Part shown: piece after piece, positions 1 through 11,750 of the stretch | How positions within the stretch are numbered: the stretch's first letter is position 1 | Layout of the letters: each line of letters begins with the position of its first letter | Source: Mayamaea pseudoterrestris | Taxonomy: Eukaryota | Length of the DNA stretch: 64,000 nt | Assembly (NCBI GenBank): GCA_027923505.1 | Contig: BROI01000020.1 | Span: 496,001-560,000 of the forward strand | Direction: 5' to 3' | Translations under genes and position numbers: made by a program | The notes under the pieces: model-generated | Seen by the model: only the letters and a program-made list of their open reading frames with translations | Database searches by the model: none | What the model was told of the DNA's origin: nothing

Positions 1-1161
1 ACTGCCGCCCTCTTGGCGGCTGCGTCCGACTCTGCTTCCATGGATTCCAAGAGTCATGTCACTGGAAGGAGTGAGCGAAGTCGAGACACTACGCGGTCTG
101 GAGTGGATTCGGCTCGAGCGGCGGAGTTGGATCAGCTAATTGACGCTGGTGATTGGGAAGGTGTCGTGCTGGCGGCGGCCAAGTTTGAAACAGCAGAATC
201 TGGCGCTGATACGGATGGCGACCATGCCTCCATGGATGCCACCGAATCTGAAGCGGACATGTCTAATAGTCGAACTGGAGTTTCCACGTCGGCCGGGACA
301 AGCCAATCTGACTCTATCAGCCAGAAAGCAAGGACGGCAGCAATTCGCAAAGAGGTTGTGGAGTTGGTAGAGCGCGTTGTTCCTGAGGAGTTGGACAATG
401 TTGATGAAATGATGAACCAATTCAAAGGCCGAGAAGATGAATTGCTCGAGACGCTCAGAACAATGCAGGAGCGTTTCATTGCGCAAAAGGCGCGAGAGAC
501 AAACCAAAAGTCAGCCAAGATTGAGGCGCGACGGACCGTGCGCGAGGCAGCAGGAATGAACGCTGCTCGAACAGATACGGGTCCTCGTCAAGCTGTGTCT
601 CCGGAAGCGTCTAGTGGCGATGTATCGGCCCGCAGCGCTGACCGGAGTTCCATTGCCAGTGTACCATCGGAGGAACGACGAACCGCACTTGAGTCTGCTA
701 TCGAAGCAGGCGACTGGGAAGCTGTAGGCGCGGCGGCTGCCTTGATGAGTGACGCAGACACCGGGAGCAACAACTCGGGTGACATTTCTCAGCTGAACGA
801 AGCATTATCGAGCGTCGAGAACAGCCAGCGGAGCCAACGGAGTGAAATATCGGAATCCGATACTGCCCGAGCTGCGCGAATCGATTCTCTTGTCGGCAAG
901 AGTGATTGGCAAGGTGTCGTTGAAGCCACTAAATTGTTTTCGGACGAAGACAAGCCTTTGCGTAGCCAGGAAGAGGAAGAAGCTCTGGCCGAAGCGGAGG
1001 CTTGGATGAAGATCGCCGAAGATACAAAAGAAGGCGCCACAGACGCGGCTGCGAGCGAAGCCGCTGAATGGGCGATTCAAAAGTCACTGTCCCAATTGCA
1101 GGAAGAGGAAAGGCAACAGGGAAAGAAGGAGCCTTCGGGGGACGACGAAGATGAAGTGTAG
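1..1161 (+). CDS. 3' part of a large acidic hypothetical protein (5'-truncated by window edge) with repeated DW(E/Q)xV helical motifs
   Basis: Open frame from the window start to TAG at 1159-1161. Three copies of an (L/A)I(D/E)AGDWE(G/A)V-like motif and a helical module EVVELVERVVPEELDNVDEMMNQFKGREDELLETL. Confidence 0.75.
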   Translation, partial: TAALLAAASDSASMDSKSHVTGRSERSRDTTRSGVDSARAAELDQLIDAGDWEGVVLAAAKFETAESGADTDGDHASMDATESEADMSNSRTGVSTSAGTSQSDSISQKARTAAIRKEVVELVERVVPEELDNVDEMMNQFKGREDELLETLRTMQERFIAQKARETNQKSAKIEARRTVREAAGMNAARTDTGPRQAVSPEASSGDVSARSADRSSIASVPSEERRTALESAIEAGDWEAVGAAAALMSDADTGSNNSGDISQLNEALSSVENSQRSQRSEISESDTARAARIDSLVGKSDWQGVVEATKLFSDEDKPLRSQEEEEALAEAEAWMKIAEDTKEGATDAAASEAAEWAIQKSLSQLQEEERQQGKKEPSGDDEDEV

Positions 1162-1375
1162 ACGTATATAGTGTGTTGCGACTAATAAATGTATTTGTGT
1201 TACCGGGCAGATCAATTGTAATATCTTCATAGCTACACGCCTCAACATTGGTCGATGCATGCTCACGAACGTTAAGCTATGTCAAACGTGGTTACTGAAG
1301 ACAGCTGGACTATACCACGATAACATTAAAATCTATGCCAAAACATTTCCATTCCATCTTTCATTACCCACCTGT

Positions 1376-2797
1376 TCACGGCATAAAAGAATCGCACTTT
1401 TTGTGCTTGTTGCACTCGCCGTAGCAACAGTCGGTATGACGAATGCACTTGGAGCCAGGTTCCCGACACACGCGGCAACGTCCAAGCTGCTGGCCGACAA
1501 AGTCGCGAATGCAAGTGAGGCCAATGCAGCAACGGCCGTTCGCTCGGCATGGCTTGCGCCTGCCGCGACACTGCTTGTTGGAAGGAATGGCGCGATACGT
1601 GTAGTACTGCGCCACCATGCGCTCAATCTGGCCAGGAGTAAAGCTCCCGTGCAAGCTGCGGCAGTCCGGTGTGCCATAGTTCATGACTGTACATAACGAA
1701 GGGAGGAATGCATGTGAGCATGATGATGCGACGATACCAATCCTTGCGCAAAGAGTCGTTCAGCATGCCAAACAAAGTCCATCCACTTACAGTTGTTCAC
1801 TGGATCCAAGCCAACATCAATTCCAGGAATGGAATCGTCGCAAGTATCCAGCGCCGCATCCAGCCAGCATGTTTCATTGTCATCCGTTGGCCCCGCATGC
1901 GATGGAGTATCATATACGCCGTCGTTCACCAAGTTTCTATAGATTGATTGGTCGTCATCGGTGGTAGTAAAGTTGGCCATTTCGGCACTGGCACAACCGT
2001 CCTCTGCGAATGCAAAACGAAGCACAGCGTCATGAGACAAAAGAGAATCTGAAACGATAACCGCCAACGTGTTTAATCGTCTAAAACTAACCAAACGTAT
2101 GCAGTAGTCCAAACCAATGACCAGTCTCGTGCACCAGAGTCATGTAGCTGGCAAGATGCGTCTCATACAACTCTGGATTCTGGACCACGACGCCATCCAT
2201 GACGGCGTCGGGGCTGTTGGCCATTAACGGATAGTAGCTCCACCCTGACACTTCGGAGCTGTAGGCGTTGCAAATGTACACGTTCAAGGCATTGCGATCG
2301 CCCTCGCGCAGCTGCGACTTGAAGGAATACTCAACCATGCCTTTGGAGCAGTTGTGCAACATTGGATCAATGGTGTGCTTGACCCTTTTGAACACGAAGC
2401 GAAACGGCGTTTCGCCGTAGGCCTTGTTCAAGGCTCGAATGAAGCCTTTGGTAATGATGGAGCGATTCATGTTGCCAACGTCTTCATCGTACTGGAGAAT
2501 GTGGAAGATGACTGGAATTTCAATGGAAATGTCGGAGCTGTTGCTCGTCAAAAGTGCTCGATGGCTTTCGCCGTGACTTGATTTCCAGTCTTCCACCGAG
2601 CGAGCGAGTTGGAACTTTTCGTCAAACGACAAAGAGTTGGTTGCACATTGTTTGACGGTTGGAACACTGCCTTGCAGCTGACGGGATAAGTGGCGTGGGT
2701 TCGTTCCATCATGACTATCGCAAGCATCGGCTGAAATGCAAACACGCGAGAAAATCATGGCGACCAATGCCAACAGAGAGATGTTTTTTAAGATCAT
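1376..2797 (-). CDS. Secreted M43 (pappalysin/ulilysin-like) zinc metalloprotease with two C-terminal knottin-like Cys modules; 3 exons (2797-2092, 2003-1791, 1686-1376)
   Basis: Signal peptide MILKNISLLALVAMIF, pro-region CAT Cys-switch-like motif, zinc motif HETGHWFGLLHTF, D-G-V-x-D-T-P and Met-turn NFMNY followed by FTPGQIERM. GT-AG introns join the ORF pieces in phase. Confidence 0.88.
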
Positions 2798-3169
2798 ATT
2801 GCTCGCTTGTCGGTTATTCAATTGGCAAGCGTACAGAGTAGGGAGGTGTTCGAATTATGATGGTGTGCAGCTCGTCCGCTGACCGAAGAACATGGGAAGT
2901 GTGACTGCCGAGAAAGAATCGCAAGTGTGACTGGATGACTCTCATTTCGGTCATTTCCAAACCTGGAGCAACCTCACGATTGCTCCCGCAATATTACTAC
3001 AGGTAAGGTACCATGTTGCCTATCACAAGTTAACAACTACATAACTACGTTGTGCAAGAGTCTCAGCAAACATGATTATATCTATAGGAGCATTTCCAGC
3101 ATTTACAAAGCTCCACAGATATGACCGCAATGGAGCATAGGCCTCCAAAGGCTCGCTAAGTGACCAGAA

Positions 3170-3766
3170 TTAGTCTCTGGAGTTGTCTGGCCCGCACCTA
3201 CCGAACGCAGCAGTACGAGACGCATAGTTGCAGTCCAAATCACCACAGCAGTCGTCATCCGCAACACACTGGGCGTTTCGACCCTTGCACTTTTTGCACT
3301 AGCGAAATGCAAGGAAGTACATCGAGTCAGGACTGATTCAACCAATAAATACACAATAGTGCATGTCACAGTCAATGATACTCACCGTTTGCCTAGCGCG
3401 GCAGCAAGCGTTGCGTGGGCTGCGGTCGCAATCTCCACCACGACGAAAGAAACGACGGCACTGATAAGGAATTGTCGCAGGAGTGAGCTGAGTGAGAGAC
3501 GAAGACCTACGGTCACGCGAATTGTCGCACAATTATCAACAAAGTCAAATTCTTACCGCAGCCGAATACGACCTGAAGGTACAGGCCGCGCTGGGCGAGC
3601 AGCAATCGTCTTCGTCCGAGCAGAATCCGCCGTTTCGAACGCAACGATCGTTCGAGTTGCCCGTGTTGCCATCAATCGAGTTTCCGCCATCGTTGCTGTT
3701 GCTGTTCTGACCCATGACGGTGACGAGCAAGATGGCGAAAAAGGTTAGGAGGGAGAATGTCTTCAT
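3170..3766 (-). CDS. Small secreted cysteine-rich (knottin/ICK-like) protein, ~146 aa; 3 exons (3766-3557, 3487-3386, 3298-3170)
   Basis: Signal peptide MKTFSLLTFFAILLVTVMG. Two phase-0 GT-AG introns give CVRNGGFCSDEDDCCSPSAAC...YQC, GGDCDRSPRNACCRARQTC and CKGRNAQCVADDDCCGDLDCNYASRTAAFGRC, ending at TAA 3170-3172. Exon lengths 210, 102 and 129 are all multiples of 3. Confidence 0.8.
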
Positions 3767-4874
3767 GGCGGCTGCTTGTTGGCTGAGTGGTTTGACGGAT
3801 CGCACTTTCGAATTGTGAGCAAATAGCTCGACAGGTTCCCAAGCTGACAAGTTCGATCGAAAGATCAAGCCACCACGTAAGTATCATTATTCAAGCCGGA
3901 CCATCTCACTGATAAGAGAACAGGGGACAGGAACAGTTGCGGCTAGAAAGGAATAGGCGTGTCGCCCATGGTTTGTGTGATATCAAAAGCAGCGTCTAAG
4001 TGCACGCGCACTCTGTTATCCTTCCGAACCCTGGGTATAGAAGCCACGAACCACTTGCAGCGATATCAAAAGATTCATGGTAGATTCACTGCAAGATTAT
4101 TATAATTACATGCACGCGTTCTATTTCCAAAGTACCCATGTAAGTAGAGGCTTTTTCATCGCCTTCATTCATTCTATTCGTGCTTTCCTGACACACATGC
4201 AAAATAGGATCATAGCTATCGCATTCCAAAAGCCAGACTTGCGAGATACCTAAACTTGCTACACGAAGAATGATGCGCTCCGCCGTTGCATCCATTCTGT
4301 AAAGACTCGATGCTCGAGCAAGCGTCCTGATTGCACGCATGGCTGATGACGGCGACTCAGCGGCGGCGGCATGTACTCGAACTGAAATAGCCATGTCTTC
4401 CTTGCCAATGCCAGCTATCATTTGTAAGCTCTTGAGCTCTTTGCGCAAGCCATGGTCCGATTGCTAATTGATTGAAAGCTCATGCTGTAAGGAATAAAGG
4501 AACGTATATGTTTCTTTTTAGTTCAGCGTAATGAACGACAAGAGCTGCAGTCATCGAACTGGAGCTAAGCAATAAGAGCGAGTCGCTACTGATTGCAGAA
4601 TGCATCATTGGGGTTTGTGATCGTAGCTTCATTATCTCCGAGAGACATGGCAAGCTGCCCTGCGCTTTGCGAAAGAATTCCCATGGCGGCGGCGCCTGTG
4701 CCGATGATTTTGTCGGATCGGTTTTGGTTAGTGCCGGTCCGACGTGTTTAGCTAAGTGCCTCATGCATTACCGGTACAAGTACAAGCTACTGTACTCACT
4801 AGTAATTTAAAATGCATAATGTCAAATAACATATGCCACCATTGTGTTTCTAAACTCACTGTCAATCGATTTCA

Positions 4875-5759
4875 TTAAAAGTCAATTCTGGCGCTTGTAA
4901 GATGTTGCAGAGTTGACCATGCCTCCTCCTGGAGACACTCGCAGCATGGGAAGCCCTGCATGGCATTGCCAATTGCTTGAATGCCCCCAGCCAAAATGAT
5001 AGGTGCGCGATACTGAATATACTTGCTGACATGAGAAAGTACCATGGTGCAAGAAATCTGTACATTGCAGCTATCTTGGTACCGTTTCATTGCCGCAATC
5101 GTCGTTTCAATGCCACCACAGACGTCAACAATGTGCGCCACGTTTTCGTATGACCCACATACCATATCGGCAATGGCATAAAATGCAGCGTCCACCACGT
5201 GTTCGTGCGCTGTATTTACAACCGTTACCGTTAAAGCTTGTGCAAACATTCCAAGTTGTACAAAGGGTCGCGTGTGACTGAGCTCGTCGCTACTCGTAAC
5301 GTTGGCAAGAAGCGTCAATATTAATATCTGGATTTCTGAATTGTATATCCATTGTTTCATCGAGAGACGAAGCAGCGTGTATCCACCGAGAGATGCAAAC
5401 TGCTCGGGATTGGGAAAGAGCGAGATCATTGTTTCCAAAGCACGACGAACAGTGGTTTTATCACGGCGCTGAAAATCTGATAGCAGCAGCTTCGTCATGA
5501 TTTCATCAGGCGTTGCTGGTTCATGTTGCTGGTTGATATCGGTTGTCACTTTGGTGGCGGTAGATGCAACGTTTTGATTGCCGCTGGACTCTCCATTGAA
5601 TGCGGCCGCAATATTACTTCGCGCGACAGCGACAGTGTCCTTTGCACTCACCCCATCGTTTTCCTTGTCCGCCTTTTGACGCTTGATAGGCGGAGCTTGC
5701 TCTTTGTCAGACATTCTCGGCATTCTAAACCGGGCTCGCAGCCTTGCACGACTATCCAT
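4875..5759 (-). CDS. Armadillo-like helical repeat protein
   Basis: Intronless ORF with ARM-type segments (LGGYTLLRLSMKQW..EIQ, CGGIETTIAAMKRY..VQ, AGGIQAIGNAMQGF) after a disordered N-terminus. Start codon uncertain. Confidence 0.65.
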   Translation of the reverse strand: MDSRARLRARFRMPRMSDKEQAPPIKRQKADKENDGVSAKDTVAVARSNIAAAFNGESSGNQNVASTATKVTTDINQQHEPATPDEIMTKLLLSDFQRRDKTTVRRALETMISLFPNPEQFASLGGYTLLRLSMKQWIYNSEIQILILTLLANVTSSDELSHTRPFVQLGMFAQALTVTVVNTAHEHVVDAAFYAIADMVCGSYENVAHIVDVCGGIETTIAAMKRYQDSCNVQISCTMVLSHVSKYIQYRAPIILAGGIQAIGNAMQGFPCCECLQEEAWSTLQHLTSARIDF

Positions 5760-6131
5760 TTTTATGCACGCTGCTACTTTGCGCGCTTTTGAATCTGTAG
5801 TCAATGAAGATCTATAGTCAATGAAGATGCAAAGTCAGCTCTCATAAAGAGAACCCTTCGTTTTGGCATCTTGGAGAGACTCTCGTTCTTACGGGACGCC
5901 CTCCGGAACGCTAGCTAAAACTGTTAGTACCACTCCGACTTTCCAAACCGCTCCGACATTATTTTTTCCAACATTCGCCGAACCGAATCGTTGACGACGT
6001 AGCGATGTCACGATGCATTTGTTCCGTCGCAAGAAAAGCAAGCATTAGGAGCCATTACTACTACTTGATTATCACAAGCGCCCTCTCATTGCTACAACTA
6101 GGTGTACACGATACTGGATCTGTATTCTACA

Positions 6132-7880
6132 ATGATTGCTTCGTCGCCTCGTCATGCATCTGCCGTGGCTGGCAAACGAATGCTGCATTTGTTCCGTCGT
6201 TGCGATCAACGAGTAAAACCTGCAACGATTTCAAGCGTTTTCAATCAAGGAATGACTACACTATCCACTTGCAGAGCAGTTTCTTCACTATTAAAAGCTT
6301 CTCGGCCATTCTGTTCGATGCAGCTGCAGCAGTATCGATCTTCATCATTTTCGACGGCGGCAGCTGCAACGACGAACGTGGTGTCAACAAGTCATGACGA
6401 CTCAACGAATGCTAATACATCAAACGCATTAACCAATGAGACGACCAACAAAAAGATCATTCCGTTTCTACTTGCCGACATTGGCGAAGGCATTCTGGAG
6501 GTGGAGCTGCTCCAGTGGTTTGTCCAAAAGAATGACGTCATTTGCCAGTTTGACAAGGTCTGCGAGGTGCAGTCGGACAAGGCGACGGTGGAAATCACCA
6601 GTCGCTACGACGGAATCGTGGTGGAGCTGACTGGCGGAAGCGTCGGCGATTTAATCAAGGTGGGAGAGCCGCTGCTCATGATGCAAGTGGATAATGATGA
6701 AAATGACAATGCGTATGAAATGAGCAACAAGTATGAATCATCGTCGGCAGTTTCGCCGCAGTATGAACCCGACAAGCGACTGCACATTCCAACGATTGGC
6801 TCGCAGTTTCACTTGGAGTCGGACAGTGACGACGAGTCAAACGTTAATGGCGAAAGTAGCAACGTCCACATCCATTCTGCTCGATCGGAAGTAACCATGT
6901 CGGGCGGAAGCAACAAGTTCCAGGCGAGTCCGGCGGTTCGAAAGCTTGGTACGGAGTACAACATTGACTTGACGACGATTCGGCCCAGTGGACCGAATGG
7001 TCGCTTGCTCAAGTCGGATGTTATGACATATCTAAAGGAGCAAGGCTTGTGGCGTAGTCGTGATGCAAGTGTCAATGGCGACTGCACCGGCGACGCGACG
7101 AGTCTAAATACAGTTTCGAGTACATCACCAGCTACACAACCATTAACACCTAACTGCGACGAGATCATTCAACTCAAAGGCTACAATCGGCTCATGGTGC
7201 AAACCATGACGGCCTCGCTGCAGATTCCGCACATGGGCTTTTCCGACGAACTCATGGTTGACAAGCTACTGGAGTGTCGCCAGGAAATTAATGCACACTC
7301 CAGCGCCACGAAAATATCCATGCTGGTGTTATTGACCAAGGCTGCCAGTCTCGCCTTGGCGCAAGTTCCCACGGTGAATGCCATTGTGCACTCGGCCAAG
7401 GACTATCAGATTCAGCTCAAGGTGAATCACAATATTGGCATTGCCATGGACACGCCGCGCGGCTTGGTGGTGCCAGTATTAAAGCGAGTCCAAATCAAGT
7501 CGCTGCTCGAGTTGCAGGAGGAACTAAACGAGCTCAAGCACCTGGCGGCCAAGCTGCAGCTCACGACGGATCACTTGTCGCATGGAACCTTTACCCTTTC
7601 CAACATTGGCAGCATGGGATGCGGCACGTACATGCAGCCGGTACTGGTGTCGCCGCAACTCGCCATGGGAGCGATTGGAAGCGTGCAGACGCTGCCGCGG
7701 TTCGCCACCAATGAGGACGGCAGTGTCACGTCGAACCAAGCAGTCATTGCCGCCAAGGTGCTGCACGTGAGCTGGGCCGGTGATCATCGTTTTTTGGATG
7801 GCGCCACCTTGGCGCGCTTCCACAAGGCCTTCAAGAAATACGTCGAGCATCCAATGCACATGTTGGCGCACTTGAAGTAA
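6132..7880 (+). CDS. DBT: Dihydrolipoamide branched-chain transacylase (BCKDH E2), mitochondrial
   Basis: Lipoyl domain LADIGEGI...EVQSDKATVEITSRYDG, E3-binding domain ASPAVRKL...GPNGRLLKSDV, catalytic domain TFTLSNIG and DHRFLDG. Ser/Arg-rich transit-like N-terminus. Exact start Met uncertain. Confidence 0.93.
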   Translation: MIASSPRHASAVAGKRMLHLFRRCDQRVKPATISSVFNQGMTTLSTCRAVSSLLKASRPFCSMQLQQYRSSSFSTAAAATTNVVSTSHDDSTNANTSNALTNETTNKKIIPFLLADIGEGILEVELLQWFVQKNDVICQFDKVCEVQSDKATVEITSRYDGIVVELTGGSVGDLIKVGEPLLMMQVDNDENDNAYEMSNKYESSSAVSPQYEPDKRLHIPTIGSQFHLESDSDDESNVNGESSNVHIHSARSEVTMSGGSNKFQASPAVRKLGTEYNIDLTTIRPSGPNGRLLKSDVMTYLKEQGLWRSRDASVNGDCTGDATSLNTVSSTSPATQPLTPNCDEIIQLKGYNRLMVQTMTASLQIPHMGFSDELMVDKLLECRQEINAHSSATKISMLVLLTKAASLALAQVPTVNAIVHSAKDYQIQLKVNHNIGIAMDTPRGLVVPVLKRVQIKSLLELQEELNELKHLAAKLQLTTDHLSHGTFTLSNIGSMGCGTYMQPVLVSPQLAMGAIGSVQTLPRFATNEDGSVTSNQAVIAAKVLHVSWAGDHRFLDGATLARFHKAFKKYVEHPMHMLAHLK

Positions 7881-8294
7881 CAAAGTGTTTAGCTGCGGCC
7901 CACTGACCGGCACTGTTGCTGACTTTCGGATTTAGTACTCTCGAGGGACCAATTAAATAAATACAATAAAATTATTATAAAAAGACACTTTTGTACGTCA
8001 AAGAGAATGATGATCCAGTCCCCTTTGGAGTGGTTTGTACTTGCTACCAGCCAGCCCTTGCGCAAACTGCTGGTCCACTACACTATCAGCAAGCACTACA
8101 GTACGTTACAATATAAGATCTAGGGATACTGGTGTGTGTAATTATCTAACGATTATCGTTGCTATGCGCCTCGTTTCGTAAACTTATTCGCAGCCTGCCG
8201 AAGCCTTCTCGTAATCATCAGGTCCACAAGCACAAGCAAGTCGTCAATCCTCCATCCACTTCTGTATCGCCATATTTCGTACCAATATTCTATA

Positions 8295-8687
8295 TTACGT
8301 GACATTTTTGGGCATTGGCTGTTGAATCTGCCGACGGGGCGCAAAGCTCACGGGCGTGTTGCGCGGCTGCTGGCGAGCCGTTTGATGCTGCTCGGCCTGC
8401 TGCTGCTGGCGCGTCACGGTGCGTTCTACTTCGCGCGTCAAGGCCTTGTCGAGTCCAAGTGTTTCGGAAACGGCGTTCTGTGTAATATCGAAACGAAAAG
8501 TTAGAAGCAGTGTGAGGAGAAAGAGTCAAGAAGATTGTCGGCATCTGTTCGGTGACACCGATCGGCCAACTTCATCAACGATTCGTTGAACACGTTGCTG
8601 CAGTCGCACGCACACTGGAAGATCAAACTTTTACAAATCATACACTCTATCACTTGCCTGCGTCGTTGTTGTAGTTGTAATCGTCAT
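8295..8687 (-). CDS. Putative small Gln-rich protein (~70 aa), two exons (8687-8658, 8477-8295) joined by a possible GC-AG intron
   Basis: Stop-free, coding-like frame NAVSETLGLDKALTREVERTVTRQQQQAEQHQ...MPKNVT* follows a cag acceptor. The upstream ATG exon MTITTTTTTQ ends in CAG|GCAAGT. Confidence 0.3.
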
Positions 8688-9027
8688 GGTACCTTTTCTC
8701 TGTTTGTTGAAATTGTGAGCAAGGAACATGCCGATGCTCGCATGTCGACGCGTAATGGCGCGCCTTTTGACGTCGAACTTGGAAAAGCAAACCTCTTGGC
8801 GCGCCAAGACTGACGCCTGTTTCAGCAAGAATGAAAACTACCAATTACGACGTCAGTAAGTACCGCTACGATGGTCACAACGTCATTCGATGACGAGGAA
8901 ACGGATTGATGGCAGCCCCATCTTGTGATCGTTCGAACATCTTCGGCATCCAAAATCCACCTCCTCTTTTTCCTCCTGATTCATCATTGTCAAAAAGCAC
9001 CTATTTCGTCACTAGACAAGCAGTATT

Positions 9028-10985
9028 ATGCTCACTGCAGCATCTACATTGGCTGCTCGATCAGGCGCTCGAGTCGTTGGTGATTCCATGGCAGCTGCCG
9101 CATCATCACCCCTACTGGTGCTCCATCCATGCGTGACCAACGCCTCTCGTCGCTTCCATCAGTCGCTAGCGTCCTCATCCTACTTGCACAAGAATGCCAT
9201 GCAGTTGCAGCGCGCCCACCGCTGGATGCAGTGCAAGGCCCGCCTCTATGCCCGCCACTTGCTCACCGTCGCTGCCCTGCACGCCGCCACGCTCAAGCAC
9301 CGCAGTGCCCTCATGGAGCGGTCACTCAAACCCGCCGAATGGAGCAACTGGTCGCGCAAGGAATGGTCCGACGAACTACTGAAAACACTTGGCTCCACCA
9401 AACTGGCGCGACTATGGAGCGCGACAGTACGACTCGGTCAGCTAACGCTACTAGCCGCGCCACTGTTGTGCATGCTACCACTTTCGCTCGTGTCGCAGCG
9501 CGCGACCGACTATATTTGGTCGTACGCACTCTGGGGCATTGAGCAGGCCGGTCCCACCTTTGTGAAACTCACGCAGTGGGCCACGACGCGGCAAGACTTG
9601 TTCAGTCCGGAATTTTGCAGCTACTTTGGCAAACTGCGCGACGAAACGAATGGACACTCGTGGAAGGAAACGCTCCAAATACTGCAGTCGCAGCCGCAAC
9701 TAGACTACTTGGAGCATGTTGATATCAACCCCACACCCATTGGCAGTGGCTGCATCGCTCAAGTCTACAAGGCCACGTTGAAACACGCCGTGGGCCAGTA
9801 CCCGGCCGGCACGGCCTTGGCCATTAAAGTGCAGCATCCACACATTTGGCAAAAAGTATGCGTCGACTTTTATCTATTCGACAAACTCAGTCACTTGCTG
9901 GAAAGCTTGCCGTATTTGAATCTCAAATACTTGAGTTTGACGGACACGGTGCGGCAGTTTCGCGACATTATGCTGCCGCAGCTCGATTTGACCTTGGAAA
10001 TGAAGCACTTGCAGCGGTTCAACCGCGACTTTTGCAACGAGGAGCAGGTCAAGTTTCCGAAACCAATCGAGCAGCTCACGTCGGAACTCGTCTTGACGGA
10101 AACGTTTATCAGTGGCAAACCAATCATGGAGTTTACCAAGGACAACGTGCCGTTTGCGGTCAAGAATGAACTTGCGTATCTGGGTTTGAATACGACGCTG
10201 AAAATGATGTTTGTTCATGATTGTAAGTGGGTAGTGGAGAAAATAGCTAATAGATTCGTTCGTTTTTGGTGGTGGAGAGTTCGCTATCGTGGCTTGTGTC
10301 ACTACGAAAAGCGGTGTACGGCTCGGGGTAACTTTTCGTATTTCTTACAGCATGCACCTCGTCTTTGTTTCTTCTGTTGCAGTTTTGCATGGTGATTTGC
10401 ATCCAGGCAATAGTAAGTTTATACATACTGATGGTCTAAAAGTAACTCTTGTGCTTGCTTGTCGCATCACTCACCATTGTTCTTTGCTCTTCCAAACAAT
10501 TACAAACACCAACAGTCCTCATTGGCTACAATGACCGTAACAAGCTCGTCATGAACTTGCTGGACTGCGGCTTGGTCGTCGAGGTTGGTCCCGAGCAGCA
10601 CGTCAACATGATCAAAATATTGGGTGCTTTTACACGTCGCAACGGCCGCTTGGCCGGTCAGCTCATGGTGGACACGAGTCGCGACTGCCAGGCTGGGCCG
10701 GAGGACGTGGAGCTCTTTGTGCAAGGCATTGAACTTATTTGTGTCGAGGATGAGGAGCACAACTTTATTGAATGCATTGGTGACTATGTGGCCGACATTT
10801 GCATGCTGGCGTGTCAAAAGCGGGTCAAGCTGGAGGCGAGTTTCATCAACATGGCGCTTGGCATTGAGATTATGGAAGGCATTGCCACGAAACTAAATCC
10901 GGACATTCAAGTGGCCAAGGTGGCGCTCCCCATGGTGCTGCAGGCGGAAGTGATGCACCGGTTACCAAAGTTTAGTCTGTGGTAA
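9028..10985 (+). CDS. ABC1/UbiB atypical kinase (ADCK2-like); exons 9028-10222, 10383-10412, 10516-10985
   Basis: GPTFVKLTQW, PIGSGCIAQVYKA, AIKVQHP, QLDLTLE, HGDLHPGNI (on a 30-nt exon) and LLDCGLV motifs. Canonical splice sites in phase. Confidence 0.9.
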
Positions 10986-11750
10986 AATGCGACGAGATTA
11001 CTGTACTTGGGGAATTTGTGTTCGGGTGGTTGTCGACACACTTGCTTGGCGCAAAAGTCTCAAAGAAGCCTTAAGCTTGAGCCGACACGCCGCAGAGTCA
11101 CGTACCAGCGCGGCATTTTAGTGAGCCAGGTCTCCATAATACGCAGTATATATAAAAATCAGACGGGTTTGCTTTATCATCCTCTGTAAGTACGTGCACT
11201 TGTAGTGCCCTCGCCGCGCGTCGGCGTATTGCACCTTTTGGATCAGAATCCTTTGAAAGCTCTAGCAGCATAACTCCGTATGTACGCGTTACCTGCATCG
11301 GTGTATACAGCAATCGTCATGTTTCGCTATACAGTAATGTTCCTCTGCTGTTACTCAATGTTTGGCGATGGAGGTGATCAAGATTCGCATTTACGTTAAG
11401 TACCACCACTACGATTCAGTGAATGATACGCCACATTGTCGTAGCGTTACCCTCGCTCCGCCCTTCCTTTCGACCATGGCCAAGACGAACAAACGAAGTA
11501 GCCGTAGCTACGAAGACGTATTCAACAACCAAGCAAAAATATAGTTAAAACGATTTATCAGCAGGGGATGAAGCAAAAGTTGCGAGTCAAGTAAAAGCGT
11601 CCTAGACTTGCTGCTGCTGCTCATTTTTTCGCGAGCAGCCGGCGCGTGAGGACTCTCAATCATTTTATTGCATATCAAGCATTTTTTGCTTCAGAAGTAA
11701 AAGACTTAGATTAACGTCGCTTGGGGTCTGTTTTTTTTTTGATTTGGACC

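Noticed and set aside
4086..4764. ORFs of 120 and 94 aa on the minus strand
   Set aside because: No recognisable motif or convincing splice structure; treated as intergenic or UTR.
5794..5830. Two near-identical 17-bp direct repeats (tct(g/a)tagtcaatgaaga)
   Set aside because: Only two adjacent units with no spacers or element ends; a local slippage duplication, not CRISPR or a transposon footprint.
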